This document shows positions 40,809 through 51,552 of a DNA stretch of 64,000 nucleotides, in pieces. The stretch lies in assembly GCA_965219445.1 (NCBI GenBank), contig CBDCNQ010000005.1, forward strand, positions 768,001 through 832,000. Reading direction: 5' to 3'. The position numbers and the translations under genes were made by a program. The stretch's first letter is position 1, and each line of letters begins with the position of its first letter. The notes under the pieces were generated by a model that saw only the letters and a list, made by a program, of their open reading frames with translations, ran no database searches and was not told the DNA's origin. This stretch comes from Longimicrobiales bacterium. Lineage in GTDB: Bacteria; Gemmatimonadota; Gemmatimonadetes; Longimicrobiales; Gaopeijiaceae.

Positions 40809-43282
40809 CTAGTTGTACACGTACGAAACGATGAACACCAGCTGACGAGGCGCGGCGGGATTTACCGAGTCGGCGTTCGAGCCCCCCGAGGTAAAGTACC
40901 TTTCGTCGAACACGTTGTGGCCAGAGAGCGTGAACCGCACAGGCTCCGACGACCAGGATATGCTGCCATCGAACAGCGTATAGGAGTCCAGAAGGAGAGC
41001 GTTGTTCTGGTCGGAGAAACGGTCACCGACGTACTTGAAGCCCAGGGTGAACCCTAAGTTGTCGGTCGGCTCGTAGATGCCACCCAAATTGTAGATCCTG
41101 TCCGGAACGGCCGGCAGCCGGTTTCCGGTCAGCACGACATCGGGCTCGGATTCTTCTTGGATGACGAACTCGCCGAAGCGGTTTTGATAGAAAGCCACGT
41201 TGCCGTGGAAGCTGAGGTTCGGCATGGGCGCCCAGGCCGCCGCCAGCTCCAGCCCCTCGAAGTCCTGCTTTCCGGCGTTGCTGTCCCGAAAAAACGGCCC
41301 CTTTTGCGTGCTCACGACGATCCCGTCTCGTTCCATCTGGAAGTAGGTGGCTTGCAAGCTGGCCCGGCCGTCCGCGAACGAGCTCTTCAGACCCACTTCA
41401 TAGTTGGTGATATCCTCAGGCTCCAGATTAGAGTCTTCACCGGGGGGATTGAGTCCCGAGGGACTTCTGGGAGGTTTGAAGGCCTCGGAGTAAGCGACGT
41501 AGAAGTTCAGGTTGACCCTGCCCAACGACTCCGTCTCGGTCTCGTCCAAAAGTTCGTACAAGGCGCTGAACTTCGGGCTGAACGCATCGAACGTCTCTTC
41601 GCTCTTGGGCCGACCCGCCCTGAAGGTCTCCCGGTTCTTGAGGTCGAGTCGATCGAAGCGGCCGGCGGCGGTCAACCGAATTCGAGGCAGGGGTGCGATC
41701 TGGTACTGGTAGTAGGCGCTGTATGTCCGAAGGCGGTACCGATCTCCTCCGAACTCGAAGAACTCCCAATCGGTCCGTGGCGGCGGCGTGGGGTCGAGAA
41801 AGTCGATGGGCATCCCGAAGGTCCCCGCATCCGTGAAGATGAGATCGCCGCGCCTGAAGCCCGTATTCGACTCGAAGGACGCCCCCACGAGCAGCTCATG
41901 GTCGACGTTCTCCACCGCCGGCTGAAACGCGAAGCGGGCTTCCTCGTAGAAGATCTCCTCGTCGGACTGGAGCGAGAAGGGATACATGGTGAGCGTGCCG
42001 GCAGCGAGATCGAACGGTGCCCCGATGATGTCGCCCGATTCCTCGAACTTGTACTGGATGTCCCGAAAAGAGGCGGTGTTCGTAAAAGAGATCGCACCGC
42101 CGAGGTCTCGGGTGTAATGCGCGGTCAGCCGCAGCTCCTCCTGGTGATAGTTGGCAGTCGGCAGGTTGATGTTGGCGAGCAGGTCGAACCGCGGCTCGAT
42201 GTCGCTGAGCAGTTCGCCATTGACCACCGGCACGCTGGTGGGTAGCGAATTGTCCGACGTGACGCTGTTGACCGAGATCCACGCTTCCGACCTGTCGTCC
42301 GGCGCGATCGTGAACTTGGCGAAGACCGAAGTCTCGTCGACGTCATAGGCGGAGTCTCCCGAGTAAAATCCGTCGCTCTCACTCGAGGACCAGGACAGGA
42401 AGTAACCAGCTCGATCCCGGAGTGGCCCCGACGCGCTGACTGCGCCCCGAATATGGCCGAAGTCTCCGGCCTGTAGCTCCGCGCTGAGTCGGGGCTGAGC
42501 GGTGGGCTGAGCGGTGATGACGTTGATCGCCCCGCCGAGGGCGGTCCGCCCATAGAGCGCCGAGTTGGGGCCGTTAACGACTTCTACGGCATCGGCGTGA
42601 TCGATGGGGAGGTTGATGACTCGGGCGCTGTTCCTGGAATCTGTCTGAGGTACGCCGTCGATGAGCAGCAGGGTGGTCTCGAACTCGTTCCCCTCCCGTG
42701 GCATTCCTCGGAGTTCGATCGATTCGAATGCGTTGGCCTGGGCGGTGTGCATGAGGCCGGGCGCACTCTCGAGAGCATCCACGAGCTCGACATCACCGCG
42801 CGCTTCGACGTCCTCGCGGTCGACTACGGTAATCAGCGCCGCGACCTCCGCCGAGCTCTGGGCCGTCTTCATCGCGGTCACGATGAGTCGTTCCACAACC
42901 AGAGGCTCACTCTCCATGGTGATGGCGACACGCGTCTCGGAATCGAGGGCAACCGCCACCCCCTCAGTGGCAACGGGCAGATATCCCAGCGCGGTCACCA
43001 GAAGCTCGCGAGGTCCCGGAGCCAGGTTCGCGATCCTGTGAGGTGCCCACTGGCGTTCGTCGTCACCGCGCGGTCGGTCCCGGAAACGATAACGAGGGCC
43101 TGAGCGATAGGCTGTAGGGATCCTCGCTCGGAGACCGTACCGATGATGACACCTTGTGCGGTCTGTTGCTGCGGTGACGGCCGAGCGGCCAGCCCGACGG
43201 GGTTGCCAACGGCGAGCACGACCAGCGAGAGCAGCGTTCGGATGACGGACACGGAGGTGAGATCACGTCGATCGAGAGCCAT
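40809..43282 (-). pseudogene. TonB-dependent receptor with carboxypeptidase-like N-domain; frameshift near 43040 (possibly a sequencing error)
   Basis: N-part signal..GVIIGTVSE..TTNASG and C-part RIANLAPGPRELLVTALGY lie in different frames; LIVTA TonB box, LLLIDGVP, VEVVNGPNSALYG..GGAINVIT plug, YEVGLK, NVFDERY. Confidence 0.88.
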
Positions 43283-43546
43283 GTACTTCTCCCAGCGCTT
43301 CAGAGGTGGCTTTGCCTGCGAGTTGGGCGGGAGGGCCTCACGCGTTCATACGCCCCTCAGCGCTCGAAGGGCGGCCGTTTCGGCTTCTAACGGCTCGATC
43401 GACCCGAACATGGACGCCGCGATGGATCACTGTCAACCGAGCGATGACGGGGATCCGCCTTGCCTCGGTACCACCCCCGGGCTCACTGTGCCACTCGCAG
43501 ACGTGGCCGTTGAGCATGATTCTAGAAAGGGAGGGATGAGGATCGC

Positions 43547-45088
43547 ATGATGGCTCAGCTCCGGAAGTGGTTGATCCTCTCACATCGGTACTTGGGCATT
43601 GCCCTCGGGCTACTGTTCGTGGTCTGGTTCGCCTCCGGGATCGGCATGATCTACGCGAGGGGGATGCCGAGCCTGACGGATGAACTGCGGTTGGAGCGAC
43701 TGGAGCCGCTGGATTTTGAATCCGTCCGGGTGAGGCCGGGAGAAGCCGCCGAACAGGCGGGGCTCAGCGATCCGCTGGAGGGAGTCACACTCCTCATGGT
43801 CATGGATCGGCCGGCCTACCGATTAAATGGGAGCTCGGCGACGGTCTTTGCCGACACGGGAGAGTTGATGCGGGGGGTGGGTCCCGATCAGGCGCGCGAG
43901 GTGGCGGGTCGATTCATGGACGTTGCCCCGGAGCGGGTCCGCTACGAGACGCTTCTGACGCAGTCCGACCAGTGGACCATCACACAGCGCGGACAGCTCC
44001 CGTTTCACAAGCTGATCATCGACGACGAGGCTAGTACCCAGCTTTACGTGTCGCCGGAGTCAGGAGAAGTGACGCTTCTGACCACGCAGGCCAGCCGAGC
44101 GCTCGCCTGGGTCGCGGCGATCCCTCACTGGCTCTACTTCACCCCGTTGCGCGTCCGGCAGGACCTGTGGACAAAGACCATTCTCTGGACGGCGGGGCTC
44201 GGCTGCGTTCTCGTGACACTGGGAATCACACTGGGGATCCTTCAGTTCAAGTTCACACCACCGTTCCGACTGTCGCGGATCGGCTCCTATATCCCCTATA
44301 CGGGGTGGATGCGGTGGCATTACATCACGGGAGTGGTGTTTGGCATTCTCACTCTGACGTGGGTCTTCAGTGGCCTGCTGTCGATGGAGCCGTTCGGTTG
44401 GGCGTCTGGAGAAGGGCTGAGGACCGTGGAGCTACGGCAAGCCCTCGTCGGTGGACCACTCGATGCCTCCGCCTTTCCGCAGATCGACGTTGACGCTTGG
44501 GATGCGCTCCTGCCGGGCCGGAGCATCAAGGAGATCACCTACAGCAGGATCTTGGGAGAGCCGTACTTCATGGTCCGGAGCACACCGACCGGAACTGCGG
44601 GGACAACGCCGGTCCGGGCTGATCACGAACCAGCGCTGGTCGCAGCCAAAACCCTCGGCGTGCGAACGGAGCCGTTCGCGATGGAGTCCTTGATGGGCCG
44701 GGTGCGTGAGACGTATCCGGATACTCCGATGGTCGAGGCCCGCCTCCTCGAAGAGTACGACGCCTATCACTACTCGAGAGACCAGCAGGCGCCGTTGCCG
44801 ATCCTGCGGGTCCAGTTCGACGACCCGGACAAGACCTGGCTCTACATCGATCCCGCCAACGGCCAACTATCGAGGAGCCTCCACCGTCTCGATCGGGTCG
44901 AACGCTGGATCTACCACGGCTTTCACAGCCTGGACTTCGGCTTCTGGTACTACAACCGCCCCATCTGGGACATCGGTGTCATCGTGCTCAGCCTGGGCGG
45001 GCTGGCTTCGAGCGCGATCGGGCTGTTTCTCGGGACGCGAAGGCTGTGGCGCGGGCGGAGGTCGGATTTCAGGACCGCCGGTTCCTAG
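43547..45088 (+). CDS. PepSY-associated TM helix protein (iron-uptake associated)
   Basis: HRYLGIALGLLFVVWFASG, IPHWLYFTPLR, RWHYITG, RWIYHGFHSLDF; divergent from the TonB receptor. Confidence 0.88.
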   Translation: MMAQLRKWLILSHRYLGIALGLLFVVWFASGIGMIYARGMPSLTDELRLERLEPLDFESVRVRPGEAAEQAGLSDPLEGVTLLMVMDRPAYRLNGSSATVFADTGELMRGVGPDQAREVAGRFMDVAPERVRYETLLTQSDQWTITQRGQLPFHKLIIDDEASTQLYVSPESGEVTLLTTQASRALAWVAAIPHWLYFTPLRVRQDLWTKTILWTAGLGCVLVTLGITLGILQFKFTPPFRLSRIGSYIPYTGWMRWHYITGVVFGILTLTWVFSGLLSMEPFGWASGEGLRTVELRQALVGGPLDASAFPQIDVDAWDALLPGRSIKEITYSRILGEPYFMVRSTPTGTAGTTPVRADHEPALVAAKTLGVRTEPFAMESLMGRVRETYPDTPMVEARLLEEYDAYHYSRDQQAPLPILRVQFDDPDKTWLYIDPANGQLSRSLHRLDRVERWIYHGFHSLDFGFWYYNRPIWDIGVIVLSLGGLASSAIGLFLGTRRLWRGRRSDFRTAGS

Positions 45089-45273
45089 CCGGCCGACGCC
45101 TCTTCCTTGAACACCATGACCATGGCCATGGCCATGAGCGCGAGGTTGGTGCACGCTCTGGAGAAGGCCTCGGCACCGATCCCCAGGATCGTGCCGGCGA
45201 AAGCACCGCCTATTACCGCAAGAACGAACGTGAGGAGGGCGAGGAGGACGATCAGCTTTGCGATACCCGGCAT
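45085..45273 (-). CDS. Small two-TM membrane protein (62 aa)
   Basis: AGGAG RBS; MPGIAKLIVLLALLTFVLAVIG..AEAFSRACTNLALMAMAMVMVF. Confidence 0.7.
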   Translation of the reverse strand: MPGIAKLIVLLALLTFVLAVIGGAFAGTILGIGAEAFSRACTNLALMAMAMVMVFKEEASAG

Positions 45274-45515
45274 CTTGCATCTCCTGTTGAGAGTTGCGTG
45301 ACGACGTCGCTCAGGCAGCGGGACGCCGACCACATGATACGTATCGGCGCGGGGGAGGGCCAACGGACGAAGCCCGCCCCACCCAGATTCGGAGGATCGG
45401 ATTCCTCCCCAGTGCTTTGCAGCCGGACCGAAAGAGATCTATTCTAGGCGTTGGTGGACTTACCCAATTGGTTTAGCCGAGCCCCGCTGACCTGGCCGTA
45501 CTCGAGAGCGGAAGG

Positions 45516-45965
45516 ATGAGAATGCGCTTATCACCGTTGGTACTACTAGTCGTTGCCGCTCTCGCACAAGCACTTCCGGCACAGCAGCCCGTACCCGATT
45601 CGGGTGGCGGCCCGCAGCCGGTCGGAACTATGAGCGAGCTCATGGTTCACCTCATCTATCCGACTTCGGACGCCATCTTCTACATCCTCACGCGAACCCC
45701 AACCAGCACGGCCGAATGGAGCACACTCGAGGGCCAAGCCCTCATGGTGGCGGAGTCGGCCAACCTGCTGATGATGCCGAGCCGAGCCCGCGGACGCGAG
45801 CAGTGGATCGAGGACGCCAGGCTGTTGCTCGATGCCGGTGAGGCGGCGTTGAGGGCGGCACAAGACAGGGATGTCGAAGCGCTCAGCGAGCTGAACGAGC
45901 AACTCTATCAGTCGTGCATCACCTGTCACCAGCACTTTCGGCCCAGCTATGGAAGGCAACCGTAA
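45516..45965 (+). CDS. Class II (cytochrome c'-like) exported cytochrome 1
   Basis: Signal peptide; helical; AESANLLM; C-terminal CITCH. Confidence 0.8.
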   Translation: MRMRLSPLVLLVVAALAQALPAQQPVPDSGGGPQPVGTMSELMVHLIYPTSDAIFYILTRTPTSTAEWSTLEGQALMVAESANLLMMPSRARGREQWIEDARLLLDAGEAALRAAQDRDVEALSELNEQLYQSCITCHQHFRPSYGRQP

Positions 45966-46033
45966 TCGTCGCAATTCCCTGCTGGAGCCTCGGTCGGGTG
46001 CGAAGTGGCGCGATGCCAATTAGGTTCCCGCTC

Positions 46034-46501
46034 ATGAACTCGAAAAAATACCATTGGCTCCTCGTGCCCGTCTTCCTATATGGCTGCGCGCCCGACGCCG
46101 AGCAGCCCTTCACAGAGGTCGCGAATCTCCTAGACCTGATGATTACGGTCGTTGAGCCGGCGGCCGAGGTCTACTGGGACGCGGTGGGGTGGATTGTCGA
46201 CGAGAGCGGCACGACCGAAATCCGCCCTAGCTCCCCAGAGGAGTGGGAGGGTGTGCGTAACGCCGCTTACCAGGTCGCCGAGTCCGGCAACCTCATGATG
46301 ATGGGGGATCGCGCGGTGGACGAGGCGGCGTGGATCGCATTTTCGCAGGCGATGATCAGCGTGGGGCGTCGGGCGATCGAGGCTGCAGAGGCCCAAGACG
46401 AACAGGGCGTTTTCGACGTAGGTGCCGAGATCTATGGGGTCTGTAACGGGTGCCACGCGATCTACGCGAGCGAGACGCTCCGGCCGAGCGCGGACCCATA
46501 A
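46034..46501 (+). CDS. Class II (cytochrome c'-like) cytochrome lipoprotein 2
   Basis: Lipobox LYGC; AESGNLMM; C-terminal CNGCH. Confidence 0.8.
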   Translation: MNSKKYHWLLVPVFLYGCAPDAEQPFTEVANLLDLMITVVEPAAEVYWDAVGWIVDESGTTEIRPSSPEEWEGVRNAAYQVAESGNLMMMGDRAVDEAAWIAFSQAMISVGRRAIEAAEAQDEQGVFDVGAEIYGVCNGCHAIYASETLRPSADP

Positions 46502-46599
46502 GCTCGAGTCGTCGAGCGACTATTGACAACCACCGACGCCGCCGGTTTGTTGGAGGCGTTCCAACGCCTTCTCACTATGTCTTCGTCGAAAGGTGTGCT

Positions 46600-47106
46600 A
46601 TGCGATTCGTCGGCCCCGCTCTTGTAGTGTTGGTCGTCGCGTGCGCGAGCGCGGGCACGGCAGGGCTGCCCGCTCCCGAACCCATGGGCACCCTTGCGCA
46701 GGTGATGCGGGGCATCCTGTTCACGAACTCCAACATCCTGTTCGACGTCCAGTCGATCGATCCCGACAATCCGCCGCCAGTGGCCGCGGGGGGAGGCGCC
46801 ACGGCGACCTTCGCGGGCATCTACTCGGGGTGGCAGGTGGTCGAGAACGCGGCGATCGCCTTGGGCGAGGCGGCCAACCTCATCACGATTCCCGGACGCT
46901 TGTGCGAGAACGGTCGACCGGTGCCGTTGGGACAGGCCGATTGGGCCGTGTTCACCGAGGGGCTGAAGGACGCGGCCGACGTCATGCTGGTCGCGGCCAG
47001 GGCCAGGGATCGAGAAGCCGCGAGTGACGCCACCAACAACGTCGCAGACGCGTGTTATTTCTGCCACGAGGTGTATCGCGATGCGGAACCACGCTGCACG
47101 CCATGA
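46600..47106 (+). CDS. Class II (cytochrome c'-like) cytochrome lipoprotein 3
   Basis: AAGG RBS; lipobox VVAC; GEAANLIT; C-terminal CYFCH; extra Cys pair (LCENG, RCTP). Confidence 0.8.
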   Translation: MRFVGPALVVLVVACASAGTAGLPAPEPMGTLAQVMRGILFTNSNILFDVQSIDPDNPPPVAAGGGATATFAGIYSGWQVVENAAIALGEAANLITIPGRLCENGRPVPLGQADWAVFTEGLKDAADVMLVAARARDREAASDATNNVADACYFCHEVYRDAEPRCTP

Positions 47107-47193
47107 CCGTTTGCCAAACGTCTGACATCAGCGCCTGGTAGTCGGTGCCCGAACCGGCGGCGCTTGGCCACACCTCGCCTTGTGGATGAGCCC

Positions 47194-47694
47194 ATGAGTC
47201 TGCGTAGCTGGTTCGAGTGGGTGGACGCATTCCCAAGCAGCATCGCCATGCGCGAGTCGCTCTACGCCTTCCCGGTCTTGCTGACGATCCACCTCGTCTC
47301 GCTGGCGATGTTCGCCGGGCTCGTGGTGATGATGGACCTACGCCTCGTCGGCGTGGCGTACCGAGGCACTCCCTTCTCTGAGGTCCAGGCGCGGCTCTTT
47401 CCGTGGCAGATGGTGGGTATGGCGGTGACCTCCCTCGCCGGACTTCTGCTCCTCTACATGCAGCCGATGCGTTACTTCGGGAAGGTGCTCTACTGGATCA
47501 AGATCGCGTTGATCGTGCTGGCTGGCGCGAACGCACTCCTCTTTCACTTGACGACCTATCGCTCGGTCGCCAAGTGGGATACCGCCGGCCCGCCTCGCAG
47601 AGCGAAGGTGGCGGGCGTGCTGTCCCTGGCCATGTGGGCCTGTATCGTGGCCTTCGGCCGATTGACGGCCTACGACTGGTGGACCTACGAGTAG
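47194..47694 (+). CDS. DUF6644-like four-TM membrane protein 1
   Basis: FPVLLTIHLVSLAMFAG..MDLRLVG, YWIKIAL, SLAMW..GRLTAY. Confidence 0.78.
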   Translation: MSLRSWFEWVDAFPSSIAMRESLYAFPVLLTIHLVSLAMFAGLVVMMDLRLVGVAYRGTPFSEVQARLFPWQMVGMAVTSLAGLLLLYMQPMRYFGKVLYWIKIALIVLAGANALLFHLTTYRSVAKWDTAGPPRRAKVAGVLSLAMWACIVAFGRLTAYDWWTYE

Positions 47695-47706
47695 GCCTCC
47701 GATCTC

Positions 47707-48183
47707 ATGCTACTACCTTTCTTCGAATGGTTGGATGGCCTCCGGGTCGGCGACTGGATCAGCACTTCATCATATGCTGCGCCGCTGATCAACGTGATGC
47801 ACATTCTGGCGCTGGTCATCCTGTTCGGCTCGCTGCTCATCGTCGACGTGCGACTGCTCGGCCGCGGGATGACGCAGCAGCCGGTGGCGAGAGTCGCGCG
47901 AGATGCGCGTCCGTGGCTGATCGGAGCACTCATCTGCATGCTGCTCACCGGCATTCCGCAGGTCCTGTCCCTCCCCATCAGAGAGTATTACAGCCCGTTC
48001 TTCTGGATGAAGATGCGGCTCCTTCTGGTCACGTTGATCTTCACCTTCACGCTCCGACACAAGGTGACCATGGCGGACGAGGCGAGGGTGGGGCCGGTCT
48101 GGGGCAAGGTCGTGGGGCTCGTGTCCATAGCCCTCTGGACGTGGATAGCCGTGGAAGGGCGCCTGATCGGACTGCTCTCGTAA
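47707..48183 (+). CDS. DUF6644-like four-TM membrane protein 2
   Basis: INVMHILALVILFG..VDVRLLG, FWMKM, SIALW..GRLIG; paralog of the preceding gene. Confidence 0.78.
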   Translation: MLLPFFEWLDGLRVGDWISTSSYAAPLINVMHILALVILFGSLLIVDVRLLGRGMTQQPVARVARDARPWLIGALICMLLTGIPQVLSLPIREYYSPFFWMKMRLLLVTLIFTFTLRHKVTMADEARVGPVWGKVVGLVSIALWTWIAVEGRLIGLLS

Positions 48184-48200
48184 CGGGTTGCGGAGGACAC

Positions 48201-48416
48201 ATGCCGGAGGGATCTGTGGAAGACAGCGGCCTCAACGAGCCCCAGGGGGAGGGGGTGAAGGGCGAACTCGCGGGGAAGGCGGGAGAAAGACCTTTCAGCC
48301 GCCTCGCTCTGGTGTTCGGAGTGGGGTTCGCGGTCATTTTTCTCGCATGGACGATCATGCGGACGATCTCGGAGGGATTCGGCTGGCCGTATTATGGCTG
48401 GCCGTACTCACCGTGA
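48201..48416 (+). CDS. Small single-TM protein (71 aa)
   Basis: GGAGG RBS; TM LALVFGVGFAVIFLAWTIM; C-terminal GWPYYGWPYSP. Confidence 0.6.
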   Translation: MPEGSVEDSGLNEPQGEGVKGELAGKAGERPFSRLALVFGVGFAVIFLAWTIMRTISEGFGWPYYGWPYSP

Positions 48417-48467
48417 CCTGAGCCGTCAAAGCCACGTTGATCCACCGGGCGACGGGTCGACGCTAGG

Positions 48468-48600
48468 TTAGTTGACGGGGCCGAGGTACTGGTCGAACCA
48501 CGCGAGCGTCTCACGGATTCCGAACTCCCTCGGTAGAGCTCCGTGTCTCCAGGACCCGATAGATCAGGCCTCCAGAGACGAGGACGAGCGCCTCGAAATG
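48468..48600 (-). pseudogene. Possible remnant of the C-terminus of an alpha/beta-hydrolase gene
   Basis: Fragments FEALVLVSGGL and HGALPREFGIRETLAWFDQYLGPVN-stop in different frames; they resemble hydrolase C-termini (from memory). Confidence 0.4.
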
Positions 48601-48753
48601 TGACGGTTTGACAGGCTGTGCAGCCGACCCGGGCCGGGAGATTCCCCACAGCTGCCCGTGGGAGCATCCCGACATCGCCACCATGATCGGCGACGCTATC
48701 GTGGAGTCGTAGGGCCGGAACACCGAAGAACCAGCCTGACCGAGGTAGTCTCG

Positions 48754-49236
48754 ATGCGAACGACACGGACAACTCTGATGATGGGCGCCCTCGCCGTTCT
48801 CCTGGTCGCGGTGCCCCTCGTGGCGCATCATACGTTCAGCGCGGAGTTCGACCGCGAGGCCCCCATTCAGCTCGAAGGCAGGGTCGTGAGGCTCGAGTGG
48901 GTAAACCCTCACACGTGGATCCACGTCGAGGTGTCGAGGATGGTCCAGGGCACGACGGAGATCGTCCCCGACGACCCGTCCGAGGAAGTGTGGAGGGTCG
49001 AGGGCGGCTCGCCGCACGCGCTCGTAAGCCGGGGGCTCAGGCGTGAGTGCCTGCCCTATGGCACGAAGCTGATCGTCAACGGCTATCAGGCCAGGAACCA
49101 CACAGTGAAGCGGGCGAACGGTCGCGACGTGGCCTTCCCCGACGGCAGCAAGTTCTTCCTCGGGTCGTCCGTTCCCGACGCCCCAAGAGACGAAGCCGAA
49201 GCCCGGGCGAACCAGAACCAGCCGGGTGGATGCTGA
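48754..49236 (+). CDS. DUF6152-like exported protein
   Basis: GAGG RBS; signal ending PLVA then HHTFSAEFD; EWVNPHTWIH; WRVEGG. Confidence 0.82.
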   Translation: MRTTRTTLMMGALAVLLVAVPLVAHHTFSAEFDREAPIQLEGRVVRLEWVNPHTWIHVEVSRMVQGTTEIVPDDPSEEVWRVEGGSPHALVSRGLRRECLPYGTKLIVNGYQARNHTVKRANGRDVAFPDGSKFFLGSSVPDAPRDEAEARANQNQPGGC

Positions 49237-49312
49237 CGGGCCAAGAGAATCCGATCCAGCGCCGGCCGGGCCTCGAAGGCGAGGACGTAGAAGGCCCGAG
49301 GGCCTATCCTGG

Positions 49313-50341
49313 CTAGTTCTGGTTCTGGGCGTCCATGCGCTCCTGATAACGCGCACCGCTCAGTATGCCCGCAAGCGAGTAGTTCCCCTCATGACAGGCG
49401 TACTCGTAGAGCTGGACATCTACCGCCTTCATCGGTATCTCGCCCCCCCACGGCTCGGTGTACGTCGTCGGGTCGTCGATCGTGAACTCGTACAGGATGG
49501 TCTCCGGGTCGACCCTGGTGAACCGCTCGATCACCTTCAGATCCTTCGTCGGTCGAATTCCACGGAACGTATGGCGGGAATACATATTGGTCGTCTCGAC
49601 AACGAGCGTATCATCCTCCCACCGACCCCAAGAGTCGCCCATCCACGGACGTACGTGACCGGGCAACCTCGGGCCGTCGCCGATCCGGATGATCCGAGCG
49701 TCGTGGACCACCTCCGCGTGGATCACCACGTAATCCGCCGTTTGCACGATGGTGTAGTTGTTGTTGTAGGCGCCATTGGGGACCATCGGCGGGCCGACGT
49801 TCGAGCCGAACATGAGGCAGCGCACGGTCAGCGATAGATTCTCCGGGTGGTCCGCCTCGCCGAATTGGCTGTCGAACTCTTCGCGCTCCTGCCGTAGTCG
49901 CTCCCCCTCGGGCGTGAGGGGCGGCCTGCGGCCGTTCGGCGGATTCGTGATCAGCGAGCTCCTGGGCTCTCCGTTGATGACCGCCACCCGGAGACCCCGC
50001 TCGAAATAGACGTCGTTGTAACTGCCGATATCGCCGCCTGCCGGCGGCGGCGGACGGTCCGGGTCGCTCGCCTCGGCGCCGCGGATCACCTGGTCCTCGG
50101 CCCGCTGTTCCCGTCGGGCGACCTCCTCGGGGGTGAAGAGCGGCCCTCCACCCTCTGCACGTTCGAACGGAGTGACGGTCCCGTTGTTCCAGTTGCCCTG
50201 GAGGTCCGGATGGCCATCGGGTGTCCGGGGCACGACCCACTCGGTGGAGGCACCGGACGCGCTTTGGGCCGCCGACAACGAGACCGGGCCCGACACCGCG
50301 ATCGCTACACAAAGAGCTAGAAGCGAAGCACCGTAACGCAT
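49313..50341 (-). CDS. Exported uncharacterised protein (DUF6152-partner family)
   Basis: GGAGGT RBS; signal; PRTPDGHPDLQGNW, YNNNYTIVQT, WMGDSWGRWEDDTLVVETTN, YEYACHEGN. Confidence 0.82.
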   Translation of the reverse strand: MRYGASLLALCVAIAVSGPVSLSAAQSASGASTEWVVPRTPDGHPDLQGNWNNGTVTPFERAEGGGPLFTPEEVARREQRAEDQVIRGAEASDPDRPPPPAGGDIGSYNDVYFERGLRVAVINGEPRSSLITNPPNGRRPPLTPEGERLRQEREEFDSQFGEADHPENLSLTVRCLMFGSNVGPPMVPNGAYNNNYTIVQTADYVVIHAEVVHDARIIRIGDGPRLPGHVRPWMGDSWGRWEDDTLVVETTNMYSRHTFRGIRPTKDLKVIERFTRVDPETILYEFTIDDPTTYTEPWGGEIPMKAVDVQLYEYACHEGNYSLAGILSGARYQERMDAQNQN

Positions 50342-50461
50342 GATCACCTCCCCGTTCAAAAATCTGCCCTCAACACCACCCCGGGTCATCCTAGAGATTC
50401 CTCAGCACCTGAGGTGAATCCACAAGTGCTGACTCACCTCGAACTGCGGATTCACCTCCGC

Positions 50462-51529
50462 TCAGTCGCGTGCGCCCGTTGCTTCCTTTCCCATGCGCTC
50501 CTGATAGCGCGCACCACTCAATATGTTCGACAGGGCATAATTCCCCTCATGACAGGCGTACTCGTAGAGCCGGTCGTGCAGAGCTGTCATGGGGACGTCG
50601 CCCCCCCAAGGCTCGGTGTAGGTCGTCGGGTCGTCGATGGTGAACTGATACAGGACGGTCTCCTCGTCGACCCGGCTGAACCGCTCGATCACCTTCAGAT
50701 GTTCCGACGAGTTACCGCGAAACCGCTGCAGAGGATGGATATTGGTGGTCTCGACCACGAGCACGTCACCCTCCCAATGGCCCCAGGAGTCCCCCATCCA
50801 CGGGCGTATGTGTGGGGGCAGGCGTGGGCCGTCGCCGATCCGGATGATCCGTGCGTCGTGCACCATCTCCGCGATGATCACCAGGTGGTCGGCGGTCTGC
50901 ACGATCGTGTAGTTGTTGTTGTAGAACCCGTTGGGGAGCATCGGGGGACCGGCATTGGTGCCGAAGGACACGATGCACCGTTCGCCGAGCGGGCGGACCT
51001 CGGGGTGGTCGTACGTGCCGAACTGACTCCTGAAATCCTGATATTCGGTGGCCCGCTGCTCACCCTCGGGCGTCCGGGGAGGCACGCGGCCCTCCGTGGG
51101 TCTCGTGATGAGTGAGGATCGGGCCTCGCCATTCACCACCGCCACGCGGTCGCCTCGATCGATATAAATACCGTTGTAGCCACCGACGCCCCCAGCGGCT
51201 CCGGTCGAGCCGTCACCACCCACCGGCGGGGCCAAGCGGTCGGGATCGCTCGCCTGACTCACTCGCTCGAGGAAGCCCGCCGCCGTTCCCTCAAGGCTAT
51301 CGACCTCGGCAGCGCTGAGGACGGGGCCCTGACCTCGCGGCCGCTCGAGGGGCGTGAGCGTCGCGCTGCTCCAGTTACCCTGGAGGTCCGGATGGCCATC
51401 GGGCATCCGAGGCACCACCCAATCGCTGGAGGTGCTGGAAGGAGCCTGCGCCTCTGCGGGCGAGTCCAGACCGACCGCGGCAACTACAATACAGGGCGCC
51501 AAGAGCGCCGCGGTGAAGCACGAGCTCAT
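50462..51529 (-). CDS. Exported uncharacterised protein (DUF6152-partner family), close paralog of 49313-50341
   Basis: AGGAGG RBS; signal; DGHPDLQGNW, WMGDSWGHWEGDVLVVETTN, YEYACHEGNY. Confidence 0.82.
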   Translation of the reverse strand: MSSCFTAALLAPCIVVAAVGLDSPAEAQAPSSTSSDWVVPRMPDGHPDLQGNWSSATLTPLERPRGQGPVLSAAEVDSLEGTAAGFLERVSQASDPDRLAPPVGGDGSTGAAGGVGGYNGIYIDRGDRVAVVNGEARSSLITRPTEGRVPPRTPEGEQRATEYQDFRSQFGTYDHPEVRPLGERCIVSFGTNAGPPMLPNGFYNNNYTIVQTADHLVIIAEMVHDARIIRIGDGPRLPPHIRPWMGDSWGHWEGDVLVVETTNIHPLQRFRGNSSEHLKVIERFSRVDEETVLYQFTIDDPTTYTEPWGGDVPMTALHDRLYEYACHEGNYALSNILSGARYQERMGKEATGARD

Positions 51530-51552
51530 CTGGCCTCCTGGGGGTTACGCCG

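Noticed and set aside
43283..43546. Riboswitch, Fur box or RPP-type leader peptide upstream of the TonB receptor
   Set aside because: No cobalamin or TPP consensus or Fur palindrome recognised; a minus-strand KRPPFER-stop is closed by a TAG three codons upstream. An Rfam scan would settle it.
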